DNA of 64,000 bases from an uncultured Candidatus Saccharibacteria bacterium (GTDB lineage Bacteria; Patescibacteriota; Minisyncoccia; Phycocordibacterales; SBAW01): assembly GCA_964420015.1 (NCBI GenBank), contig CAYQPO010000002.1:7997-71996 (forward strand), given 5' to 3'. The notes under the pieces were generated by a model. The model made no database searches. It was not told the origin of the DNA and saw nothing but the letters and a program-made list of their open reading frames with translations. Positions 54,859 through 62,973 of this stretch are shown piece by piece. How positions within the stretch are numbered: the first letter of the stretch is position 1; each line of letters begins with the position of its first letter. Position numbers and translations under genes: made by a program.

Positions 54859-55521
54859 ATGAGCGAACGACAGCTTGCTGAACTCACCGGCAATCTCGTG
54901 CGGCACCAGCACTGCTTCGGTGCGATGTCGAACGACGACCGTCAGTGGACAATCAACAATCCGGCGGCGGCGATTGGCCTGTTTGCCGAGGCGGTGAAGA
55001 ACCGCAACAGCGGTACGGCGGCCGAGCGGAAGTCGCTCGAAAAGAAGAAGCAGCCAAAGCTTCTTGTCTCGGACGGCCACTACGCAGCCGTCGAGGCCAC
55101 TGAGCGTCACGAACCAGGTACGTTCTGGCAGACGCGCTCCGGCTTGTACGTGTACGACGACTTTCGTACACGCGTCGTCGCGGCAGCCACGCCGACCGAA
55201 GCTGGAGCGACGTTCAAGAAGCTCCCGCGCTTCAAGCTCGGCCGTAATGCCACTGGCGAGGAATTGAAGACGGCGCGTCCGAATGGTATTTGGACGGCGA
55301 CCGACTTCTGCCCCTGGCTTGCCGCAAAGCTTGCAAAGCAGGCGAAAGGCGAGGACGGTGAGTTCCTCACCAACGGTTGGGCCAACCTATTCTTGGTCGA
55401 AGGAGTTGGAGGCGAGGTCTTCGTCGTCCGCGTGCGCTGGGGCGTCGGCTTGTGGCTCGTCTACGCGTGGCCTCTCGGCCACGGCTGGCACGATGGTCGC
55501 CAGTTCGGCTCTCGCAACTGA
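54859..55521 (+). CDS. DGR target (variable) protein, 220 aa, VR at C-terminus
   Basis: AAGGAGG SD; 3' end is the VR, ending FGSRN*. Confidence 0.93.
   Translation: MSERQLAELTGNLVRHQHCFGAMSNDDRQWTINNPAAAIGLFAEAVKNRNSGTAAERKSLEKKKQPKLLVSDGHYAAVEATERHEPGTFWQTRSGLYVYDDFRTRVVAAATPTEAGATFKKLPRFKLGRNATGEELKTARPNGIWTATDFCPWLAAKLAKQAKGEDGEFLTNGWANLFLVEGVGGEVFVVRVRWGVGLWLVYAWPLGHGWHDGRQFGSRN
55409..55519 (+). repeat. DGR variable region (VR)
   Basis: Ungapped 111-bp match to 55847-55957 with 20 mismatches, all opposite TR adenines. Confidence 0.97.
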
Positions 55522-55536
55522 CCAATTGCAACTTTG

Positions 55537-55559
55537 TGCGCCCGCCTAAGGCGGGCGCA
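55537..55559 (+). promoter_or_regulatory. GC-rich hairpin/cruciform downstream of VR (putative retrohoming recognition element)
   Basis: tgcgcccgcc-taa-ggcgggcgca, perfect 10-bp stem, 15 nt after the target stop. Confidence 0.75.
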
Positions 55560-55561
55560 TT

Positions 55562-55613
55562 GACCCCTTGGACACTCTGGCACTGTGCCGGAATCCAAGG
55601 GGTCTTTCGTTTT
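55562..55613 (+). terminator. Second hairpin, probable terminator of the target gene
   Basis: gaccccttgga...tccaaggggtc followed by tttcgtttt. Confidence 0.55.
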
Positions 55614-55846
55614 GATATAATGGCCCTGAAACCTTTGGTGATGCGGCGGTTAGGGCTTCCGTGTGGAGGTTTTGGAAGAGACAAATGCCTGAGTTCTTGC
55701 GGCCAAGGCTTCAAGAAGAGTGCGTTGAATCTTTCTAAAAAATAATTGGTAGTTGGTACTTGAAATTGGCGGACTTATAAGGTCCCACATTCGATACAGC
55801 CCGGAGAGTATTCGGTGGGTGGTGGTTCAGAAGGTTTCGAGTACGA

Positions 55847-55957
55847 GAGGCGAGGTCTTCGTCGTCAACGTGAACTGGAACGACGGCAAGTGGAACGTCA
55901 ACACGTGGCAACTCGGCAACGACTGGAACGATGGTAACCAGTTCGGCTCTCGCAACT
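55847..55957 (+). repeat. DGR template repeat (TR)
   Basis: AAC-rich copy of VR (9 AAC triplets in the VR frame). Confidence 0.97.
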
Positions 55958-55977
55958 CTAGTGATTTCTCTCGCGCT

Positions 55978-56363
55978 CTATGGTGCGAGAGTTTTTGCAA
56001 CCAACCCTTTTCTCCACCCGCCTAGTATGCGTCCAAGTTCGTGCGTTTTTTCTGATAGATTCACGTATTTTTTATCGTCTAGCGCCTGCAGTTCCCATGC
56101 GACACGCAGAAGGAATTTTAACGTATCCGTTTTCTTGATTGCAATTTCAATCGTTGGCAACTTGTTTGCTCGACCCTGGTAACTCGCTGTAAAGAGCAAT
56201 TCAAGGATTTGAATAAACAAGCTATCTATTTTATCGCCAAGCGTATAGCGAGACTTTTTCGGCAAATGGTCGCGGCATTCGTGCCAAAACTTGTATACTG
56301 CTACAGCATGCTCGATAACAGGAAGAATTCGTTGGGGGGGGGGGTCGTAAAGGACTCACGCAT
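55978..56363 (-). CDS. avd: Avd-like four-helix-bundle accessory protein; frameshifted at the C11 tract as assembled
   Basis: YKFWH...LPKKSRYTLGDKID...LKFLLRVAWEL...ELGRILGGW; ATG 56363 joins this frame only with C12 or C9. Confidence 0.85.
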
Positions 56364-57335
56364 ACATACGAGAATATCATTTCTGTTGAAAACTTGCTCT
56401 CTGCGTGGCGCGAGTTCTGTCTTGGCAAACAAATTAAAAAATATTTAAGGGATTTTCAATTTTTTTGGATGGACACATTTCTTTGCTTTCATTCCGATTT
56501 AAAAAAAAAACCATAAAAACACGGACGATATCACGCCTTCAACATCTCCGACCCAAAACCGCGCAACATTCACAAGGCCTCGGTACGCGATCGTCTGCTC
56601 CACCATGCCATCTACCGAATATTGTATCCATATTTTGATAAGAAATTTGTATTCGATTCCTATTCTTGCAGGATAGGCAAGGGCACCCACAAGGCCATGA
56701 ACCGCTTCCGATCTTTTGCCTACCAAGTGTCCAAAAACCACACCCGCACTTGCTGGGTACTCAAGTGCGACATCCGTAAGTTCTTTGCGAGCATTGACCA
56801 CCAGATACTGTACGCAATCCTCGAAAAGTACATACAAGACGAGGCAATGCTCTGGTTGCTTCGAGAAGTTGTTAATAGTTTTTCATCAAGGTCGAACCTT
56901 GATGTTGGTCTGCCGCTCGGCAATCTCACGAGTCAGCTTTTGGTCAACGTTTACCTAAACGAGTTCGACCAGTATGTGAAGCACCAACTCAAGGTTAAGT
57001 ACTACATCCGCTACGCGGACGACTTCGTGCTCCTTTCGCACGACAAATCGGTACTACAACAAACACTTCCATATATGGAAGTGTTTCTGAGGGAGCATCT
57101 CAAACTAAGCTTCCATCCGGACAAGGTATACATTAAGACTCTGGCTTCGGGTGTCGACTTTCTCGGCTGGGTACACTTTGCTGACCACCGCGTGTTGCGT
57201 ACTGCTACCAAGCGACGGATGTTGCGACGGCTGTGCGAACGATTGGGGCAGGAGGGAGCAGAGGCAACGAGGCAGGCGTACTTGGGAATGTTGAGTCAAG
57301 GTAATACCAAAAAATTGCGGGACAGGTTAGTATAG
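56308..57335 (+). CDS. DGR reverse transcriptase; as assembled, disrupted by the G11 tract (56334-56344) and an in-frame TAA (56514-56516)
   Basis: ENLLSAW, DPKPRNI, RDRLLHHA, CDIRKFF, GLPLGNLTSQ, YIRYADDF, GVDFLG. Confidence 0.93.
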
Positions 57336-57339
57336 CTAC

Positions 57340-57642
57340 ATGATTTCGCGCGAGGAAGTGCTCAATTTAGCCGAGCTCTGCCGGCTCAAACTTACCGACG
57401 AAGAGGTAGCTGCTTTGCAAAAGGATATCTCCAGTATTTTGGAGTATGTCGGCCAAGTCAATACAGTTTCGCTGCCTGACAAAAAAGATGAGAAGCCAGT
57501 GGTGCGCAATGTAATGCGTGAGGATGTGCCGCGCGAGGGTAGCCACCCAATGCAGGGCAAAGAGGAGGCTCTGCGCGCACAATTTCCAACCCGGGAGAAA
57601 GACTTTAATGTGGTGCGCAAAATAATCCAGAAGGATGAATAG
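57340..57642 (+). CDS. gatC: Asp/Glu-tRNA amidotransferase subunit C
   Basis: ISREEVLNLAELCRL, NVMRED; precedes gatA. Confidence 0.92.
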   Translation: MISREEVLNLAELCRLKLTDEEVAALQKDISSILEYVGQVNTVSLPDKKDEKPVVRNVMREDVPREGSHPMQGKEEALRAQFPTREKDFNVVRKIIQKDE

Positions 57643-57672
57643 TGGATTGATATATCAATCCACTTCAAGAGT

Positions 57673-59094
57673 ATGAAATTAAATGAGCTCACGATCGTAG
57701 AGGCTTCTAAAAAACTCGCCGCGGGCGAGATAACTTCGGTTGCGCTCACCCAAGCATGCTTAGACGAAGTTGAGAAACGCAACGGAACATTGAATGCATA
57801 TTTGGAGGTGTTTGATGATGCATTAGAACAAGCAAAAAGAGCAGATACCCTTCGACAAGCTCAGGGTAAAAGTGCTCACGCACTTTTAGGCATCCCGCTT
57901 GTGATCAAAGACAACATCCTAATTGAGGGTAAAAAAGTTTCTGCAGCGAGCAAAATGCTCGAAAATTATGTTGCAACCTACGACGCAACGGTTATCAAAA
58001 AGCTCAAAGCGGCAGGCGCGGTCTTTTTAGGCCGTACCAATATGGACGAGTTTGCGCTCGGCGGCTCTACCGAAAACTCCGCTTTTGGGGTTACTAAGAA
58101 TCCGCACGATGAATCGCGCGTGGCTGGCGGGACTTCGGGTGGTTCGGCGGCAGCAGTTGCTGCACATTTGTGCTTGGGTGCTCTTGGTACCGACACTGGA
58201 GGTTCGGTGCGTAACCCGGCGAGTTTTTGCGGCATCGTAGGATTGAAGCCAACCTACGGCGTAGTATCACGCTCGGGCGTTATTGCCGCAGTGTCATCGT
58301 TTGACCAGGTTGGCCCGATGGCAAAAACGGTTGAGGATGCCGAGCTGCTCTTTACTGCCATCCGCGGCAAAGATATTTTGGATAGCACCACAATTGATGA
58401 AAAAACTTACGAAACAAAAACAATCCAGACAAAAAATATAGGAGTTTTTGATTTGAAATCTACTGGATGGGAAGGTGGTATCGATAGTGATGTTCAGAAG
58501 TTGTATCAGTCTTTCCAAAAAAAACTTGAGGGAATGGGTTATGAAGTTGTAACTATTCCTATGGTATATCTACAGCCTGCGCTCGCTTCTTACTACATCA
58601 CCAACTTTGCGGAGGTTTCCTCTAACCTTGCGCGCTTCGACGGTGTCCGCTATGGGCTGCACAGTAAAGGCACCTCATTGTTTGAGGATTATGCCAAGAG
58701 CAAGGCTGAGGGCTTTGGCCCAGAGACGCGCCGCCGCATTATGCTCGGCACCTATGTACTTTCGGCCGGTTACTATGACTCATACTACGGTAAAGCAGTC
58801 GCTGCACGCGAACAGCTACGCCAGGAATTTATAAAAGCATTCGAGTTGGTAGATGCGATCATCACACCCACGATGCCCACCCCGGCCTGGAAGGAAGGGG
58901 AGAAGTCCGATCCGCTTTCAGCGTATTTGGCAGACGTCTTTACGGTCTCAGCAAACCTTACGGGGAACCCAGCGATATCTATTCCAATGGGAACTATTGA
59001 AAAAGACGGTAAGCAGTTGCCGGTAGGCATCCAACTCACCGCCGCGCACGGGGATGAAGCGGGACTGTTTGCGCTCGCTCGCTCCATAGAATAA
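57673..59094 (+). CDS. gatA: Asp/Glu-tRNA amidotransferase subunit A
   Basis: KDNI, NMDEFA, GGTSGGSAAAV, DTGGSVR, SSNLARFDG. Confidence 0.97.
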   Translation: MKLNELTIVEASKKLAAGEITSVALTQACLDEVEKRNGTLNAYLEVFDDALEQAKRADTLRQAQGKSAHALLGIPLVIKDNILIEGKKVSAASKMLENYVATYDATVIKKLKAAGAVFLGRTNMDEFALGGSTENSAFGVTKNPHDESRVAGGTSGGSAAAVAAHLCLGALGTDTGGSVRNPASFCGIVGLKPTYGVVSRSGVIAAVSSFDQVGPMAKTVEDAELLFTAIRGKDILDSTTIDEKTYETKTIQTKNIGVFDLKSTGWEGGIDSDVQKLYQSFQKKLEGMGYEVVTIPMVYLQPALASYYITNFAEVSSNLARFDGVRYGLHSKGTSLFEDYAKSKAEGFGPETRRRIMLGTYVLSAGYYDSYYGKAVAAREQLRQEFIKAFELVDAIITPTMPTPAWKEGEKSDPLSAYLADVFTVSANLTGNPAISIPMGTIEKDGKQLPVGIQLTAAHGDEAGLFALARSIE

Positions 59095-59115
59095 AAGAGA
59101 CGGTAGAATGGGGGA

Positions 59116-59727
59116 GTGTATCCCTCCAATGTCGACTATCTCAATCTTGAGTACTTTTTGGCCAAGGCCTACGATTTTGTAGTAGGTTTTCATTGGAGTG
59201 CAGGTGTTGCCGCTGCACCCAGCTGGACCATTACCGCCGTGACCACAATCGTGATCATTGGCATGAGCGCTTCGCTCCTCCTCCTGCTCATGATCGTCTA
59301 TGCGCAAATTAGACTGCTCCAAGTTGAGCACGGCGGCTTTCATGCCCTCGAGCATGCTGCGGTGCACGAGCACGAAGTGCACAAACACGAAGCAACCGAG
59401 GAGGCGCATGCGCAAAACGAACGCTGGCGCCGTATAGAAGAGTTGAGTGCCTCGACCAACCATGGCGACTGGCGCCGCGCAATTTTGGAGGCAGATATCA
59501 TGCTCGGCGACGCGCTCAATCAGGCCGGCTATGTCGGCCCGACCATTGGTGATCAATTAAAGATGACCAATCCATTGCAGCTCACGACACTCGACCTGGC
59601 CTGGCGAGCGCACAAGGTGCGCAACGACATAGCCCACGGAGGCGAGGCCTATGAGCTTACGCAGCGTGATGCTCAGGCGGCAATAAATAACTTTAGAAGG
59701 GTGTTTGAGGAGTTGGGAGCGATCTGA
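59116..59727 (+). CDS. Conserved hypothetical membrane protein
   Basis: One TM; WRRAILEADIML, AWRAHKVRNDIAH (RxxxxH). Confidence 0.75.
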   Translation: MYPSNVDYLNLEYFLAKAYDFVVGFHWSAGVAAAPSWTITAVTTIVIIGMSASLLLLLMIVYAQIRLLQVEHGGFHALEHAAVHEHEVHKHEATEEAHAQNERWRRIEELSASTNHGDWRRAILEADIMLGDALNQAGYVGPTIGDQLKMTNPLQLTTLDLAWRAHKVRNDIAHGGEAYELTQRDAQAAINNFRRVFEELGAI

Positions 59728-59753
59728 TATACTAGGGGAGTAACGGGCGACAT

Positions 59754-59825
59754 AGCGGGGTGGAGCAGTAGTAGCTCGTCAGGCTCATAACCTGAAGGTC
59801 GCAGGTGCAATTCCTGCCCCCGCAA
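59754..59825 (+). tRNA. tRNA-Met (CAT), initiator-like
   Basis: Unpaired 1:72 position, GCGGGGTGGAGCAG, tcagg-ctCATaa-cctga. Confidence 0.9.
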
Positions 59826-59829
59826 CAAG

Positions 59830-60435
59830 ATGCAGGTGTTTTCGATACAAGAAGCGCTCAAATTTGGTTGGCATAAAACCAAAGCGCACAACAAGCTTGT
59901 GTTCCAAGTTGTGCTCACCCTCTTGGCTGTACAAGTGGCCGCAGCAATTGTGCAAAAGGTGCTTGCGGGCAGCGGACTGGGGTTTGTCGCGCAGGTGGTG
60001 CTCGGAGTGCTTTCTTTGGCGTTTGGGATTGGCGCAATGAAAATAGCACTTTTGCTCGCGCGCGGTGAGCACGCAAGCTATGCGCAGATTTGGCCAAGCT
60101 GGAGACTCTTTTGGTATTACCTAGGCGCCTCGCTTTTGGCAGTGCTCTGCATCATAGGCGGCCTGATCTTGCTCATCATCCCGGGGTTTATCATTGCGGT
60201 ACGGCTCTCGATGGTGCGATTCGAGGTAATCGACGGAGCGCACGTGAAATCAAGTCTACAAAAAAGTTGGGAACTTACCCGGGGCCACTTCTGGAAACTG
60301 CTCGGGTTTTTTATCACGATTATCCTCTTAAATATTCTTGGAGCGGTCTGTCTTCTGGTGGGCCTGCTCGTGACCATTCCCATCTCGATGCTCGCGTTCG
60401 CACACGTATATCTAAAGCTTAAAAATAGGGGATAA
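59830..60435 (+). CDS. Integral membrane protein (DUF975-like)
   Basis: ILLIIPG, SLQKSWELTRGHFW; several TM segments. Confidence 0.75.
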   Translation: MQVFSIQEALKFGWHKTKAHNKLVFQVVLTLLAVQVAAAIVQKVLAGSGLGFVAQVVLGVLSLAFGIGAMKIALLLARGEHASYAQIWPSWRLFWYYLGASLLAVLCIIGGLILLIIPGFIIAVRLSMVRFEVIDGAHVKSSLQKSWELTRGHFWKLLGFFITIILLNILGAVCLLVGLLVTIPISMLAFAHVYLKLKNRG

Positions 60436-60495
60436 GTATATTCGAACACTGGTTTTAGGCTAGAATAGAACTTCAGTGTTTGGTGTAGAGATGTC

Positions 60496-60852
60496 GTGCT
60501 TACACCCCATCAAAAGAAGCTGCTGAACCAACGTGAAGCTAAGGGAAGAAGGTTGGGAAGTATAGAGGATATAAGGCCGTACTTGTATATTAGAGAGGTT
60601 CATAAACCGAGAGTAAACAAAATCTTGCAATTTTGGTCTAATTTTTTAAGTCTACCAAAAGAACAATTTCCCGTTATTATTTATATAAAAAATAAACATA
60701 AAAAAGTTTACGAAAATCACGATTCGTATTATGGTGTAATAGCTTTACGGGTAAGGGCCGGGACAGAATTAAAATATAAAATCTTAGGCCTCATTAAGGC
60801 CTGTAAAGAAGAAGCCGGGGTAGCTCAGATGGTTAGAGCATCACATTCATAA
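60496..60852 (+). pseudogene. AT-rich ORF fragment reading into tRNA-Met
   Basis: Sharp GC drop; QFWS...YGV..LRV...KILGLI; last codons are tRNA sequence. Confidence 0.45.
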
Positions 60853-60887
60853 CGTGAAGGTCGGCAGTTCGATCCTGCCCCCCGGCA
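60814..60887 (+). tRNA. tRNA-Met (CAT), elongator-type
   Basis: gccgggg/ccccggc acceptor, ttCATaa loop, GTTCGAT. Confidence 0.88.
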
Positions 60888-60931
60888 CATGGTAGAAAAA
60901 TTCGTGTTTTTACGATAGAATCGCCTTGTTT

Positions 60932-61005
60932 GCGGGAGTAGCTCAGCTGGTTAGAGCGCCGCCCTGTCACGGCGGAGGTCGCGGGTTCGAACCCCGTCTC
61001 TCGCG
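60932..61005 (+). tRNA. tRNA-Asp (GTC)
   Basis: ccgcc-ctGTCac-ggcgg; GTTCGAA. Confidence 0.95.
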
Positions 61006-61077
61006 CAAATTGAACCGGAAACAGAAGTGTGTCAATTTCTCATTCTTTTTTCACGGAGGCTTTTGTACGCTCAGTGC

Positions 61078-61593
61078 ATGAGCTTGCAGAAAGTACATTT
61101 CAGTCCCATGCAAGACTCGCTCTGGGTAAATCCGCTCTGGAGCGATCCGCAGTTGCTGCGCTGGTTTTTTATACTGCTCGCTTTCTTCGGTTTGGGGTTT
61201 GCTGCGTTTATGGCCTCGCTTATGGCCACTACACACGTCGACACAGGGACCTCTGTACGTGCGGCGGCGCATATTGATGCTCGACCGCTCGAGCTCCATA
61301 TAGCAGACAGCGGGCTTATCCTGCTCCGGAGTGCTCGCATTGTCTCTATTGCGGGCCCAACGCTCATGCTGGAAACTGCGTGGGGCAGAAACAAATTTAT
61401 GTGGACCGTACATACTGATGCCTATCAATACGAGGCGCGCAGTGCGGGGACCAAATTTCTGACGCGTGATGGTACGCCGATTACGATCAATGACTTGCAG
61501 CTTGGGGATTTGGTAACGGTCACGGGCACACTCGCACAAAGCGGCTCAAGTTTTGTAGTTACTGCTGACGCAGTGCGACTCTCAGCTCAATAA
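61078..61593 (+). CDS. Membrane-anchored hypothetical protein (DUF5666/OB-like C-terminus); start uncertain
   Basis: TM; DLQLGDLVTVTG, VTADAVR. Confidence 0.65.
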   Translation: MSLQKVHFSPMQDSLWVNPLWSDPQLLRWFFILLAFFGLGFAAFMASLMATTHVDTGTSVRAAAHIDARPLELHIADSGLILLRSARIVSIAGPTLMLETAWGRNKFMWTVHTDAYQYEARSAGTKFLTRDGTPITINDLQLGDLVTVTGTLAQSGSSFVVTADAVRLSAQ

Positions 61594-61741
61594 TTCTGAA
61601 TTTTTTTGCGCTTCTTTAAAACTTCATCAACCTGAATGAAGTTTTTTGCTCATGCATGGCAATGACATCCAGGATTTTTTCATTGCACTGATGGGTTGCG
61701 GTTGCCGTCAACCACACGTATGACCCTACACTGTAGAGCGC

Positions 61742-62878
61742 ATGAAGAAACAGATGAACAAAAAAATATGGTTCGTGTTCGTAATTATAGTATCTCTAGC
61801 ACAATTACTCATACCCCTTAGCCAGGCAGTGGCAGAAACTCCTGACCCCGACCCGGTACACGCCCTGCAGATGCAGGCGCTTGCTCAGGCGGTACAAACG
61901 GGTCAGGATACTGACCCGGTGCATGCTGCTTGGGTAAACACCTATACCAACACGCAGCCCAAGTCCAATAAAAAAAGTATTGCCGTAACACCGCCTCCGG
62001 CGCCCACTCCTGCGCCAGTTATCACGACCTTAACCACTAACACGGCGGGATATTATGTCGACCCGAACTCCGCTGCAAAGCAGCAGGCAGATGCGTGGCG
62101 CGTGGCGCGCCCCGCGGACGCCGCAAAAATGGACGTGCTCGCCGCACAGCCAACTGCCAAATGGTTTGGCGACTGGAGCGGCGACATCCAGTCGGCAGTC
62201 AATAGTTATGTCTCACAGGCCGCTGCCGCAGGTAAAGAAGCACTCATCGTCGCCTACGACATCCCGCAGCGCGACTGTGGTGGCTACTCGGCTGGTGGCA
62301 ATGGCGACTACAGCGCATGGGTCAAAGGGCTCGCTCAGGGCATCGGTAGCCGCCAAGCAACGGTGATCTTGGAGCCCGACTCGCTTGCGCTCGTCGACTG
62401 CCTTTCTACGAGCGATCTAAACACGCGCTACCAACTCTTGAGCTCAGCGGTCTCAGTGCTCAAAAACAATTCGAACACCAAGGTCTATCTCGACGCAGGC
62501 CACAGCGCTTGGGTCGACCCGACCACAATGGCGGCCCGATTACAAAAAGCTAACGTTGCGCAGGCAGACGGCTTCTACACCAACGTCTCAAACTTTATGA
62601 CGACGAGTGACGAGACTGTTTATGGCGCCAATGTAAGCCAGCTGCTTGGCGGCAAGCACTTCGTAGTCGACACCTCACGCAACGGCAACGGGTCAAACGG
62701 CGAGTGGTGTAACCCTACTGGTAGGGCAATTGGTCAAACTCCGACCAACCAAACAGGCAACGCGCTTGTAGATGCGCTTCTGTGGGTCAAAACGCCTGGC
62801 GAGTCCGACGGTACCTGCAACGGCGGCCCGAGCGCCGGAGTGTGGTGGCCCGACTACGCACTCTCGCTCGTCCCCTAA
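61742..62878 (+). CDS. Secreted glycoside hydrolase family 6 (endoglucanase-like)
   Basis: Signal peptide, P/T linker, YDIPQRDC, ILEPDSL, YLDAGH, DTSRNG, WVKTPGESDG. Confidence 0.93.
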   Translation: MKKQMNKKIWFVFVIIVSLAQLLIPLSQAVAETPDPDPVHALQMQALAQAVQTGQDTDPVHAAWVNTYTNTQPKSNKKSIAVTPPPAPTPAPVITTLTTNTAGYYVDPNSAAKQQADAWRVARPADAAKMDVLAAQPTAKWFGDWSGDIQSAVNSYVSQAAAAGKEALIVAYDIPQRDCGGYSAGGNGDYSAWVKGLAQGIGSRQATVILEPDSLALVDCLSTSDLNTRYQLLSSAVSVLKNNSNTKVYLDAGHSAWVDPTTMAARLQKANVAQADGFYTNVSNFMTTSDETVYGANVSQLLGGKHFVVDTSRNGNGSNGEWCNPTGRAIGQTPTNQTGNALVDALLWVKTPGESDGTCNGGPSAGVWWPDYALSLVP

Positions 62879-62915
62879 ATTTGCGAGGCCGAACCCCACA
62901 AATATCAAGTTGATG

Positions 62916-62947
62916 CAAAAAGAGCCCTAGAAATAGGGCTCTTTTTG
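62916..62947 (+). terminator. Hairpin terminator after the GH6 gene
   Basis: caaaaagagcccta-gaaa-tagggctctttttg. Confidence 0.75.
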
Positions 62948-62973
62948 TACTTGACCAAATAGGAGATGACGCC

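Larger units (their letters stand above)
54690..57335. mobile_element. Diversity-generating retroelement: target/VR, hairpin, TR, antisense avd, RT
   Basis: VR/TR pair with adenine-only mismatches, avd-like gene, RT with DGR-type motifs; lies between ligA and gatC. Confidence 0.97.

Noticed and set aside
55753-56025. 90-aa Asn/Trp-rich ORF
   Set aside because: It is the TR read in the VR frame; DGR template repeats function as RNA and there is no SD or other evidence of translation.
56622-57335. RT as a group II intron, retron or CRISPR-associated RT
   Set aside because: It is short with no maturase or endonuclease extension, has the GNLTSQ motif, and is flanked by TR/VR and avd.
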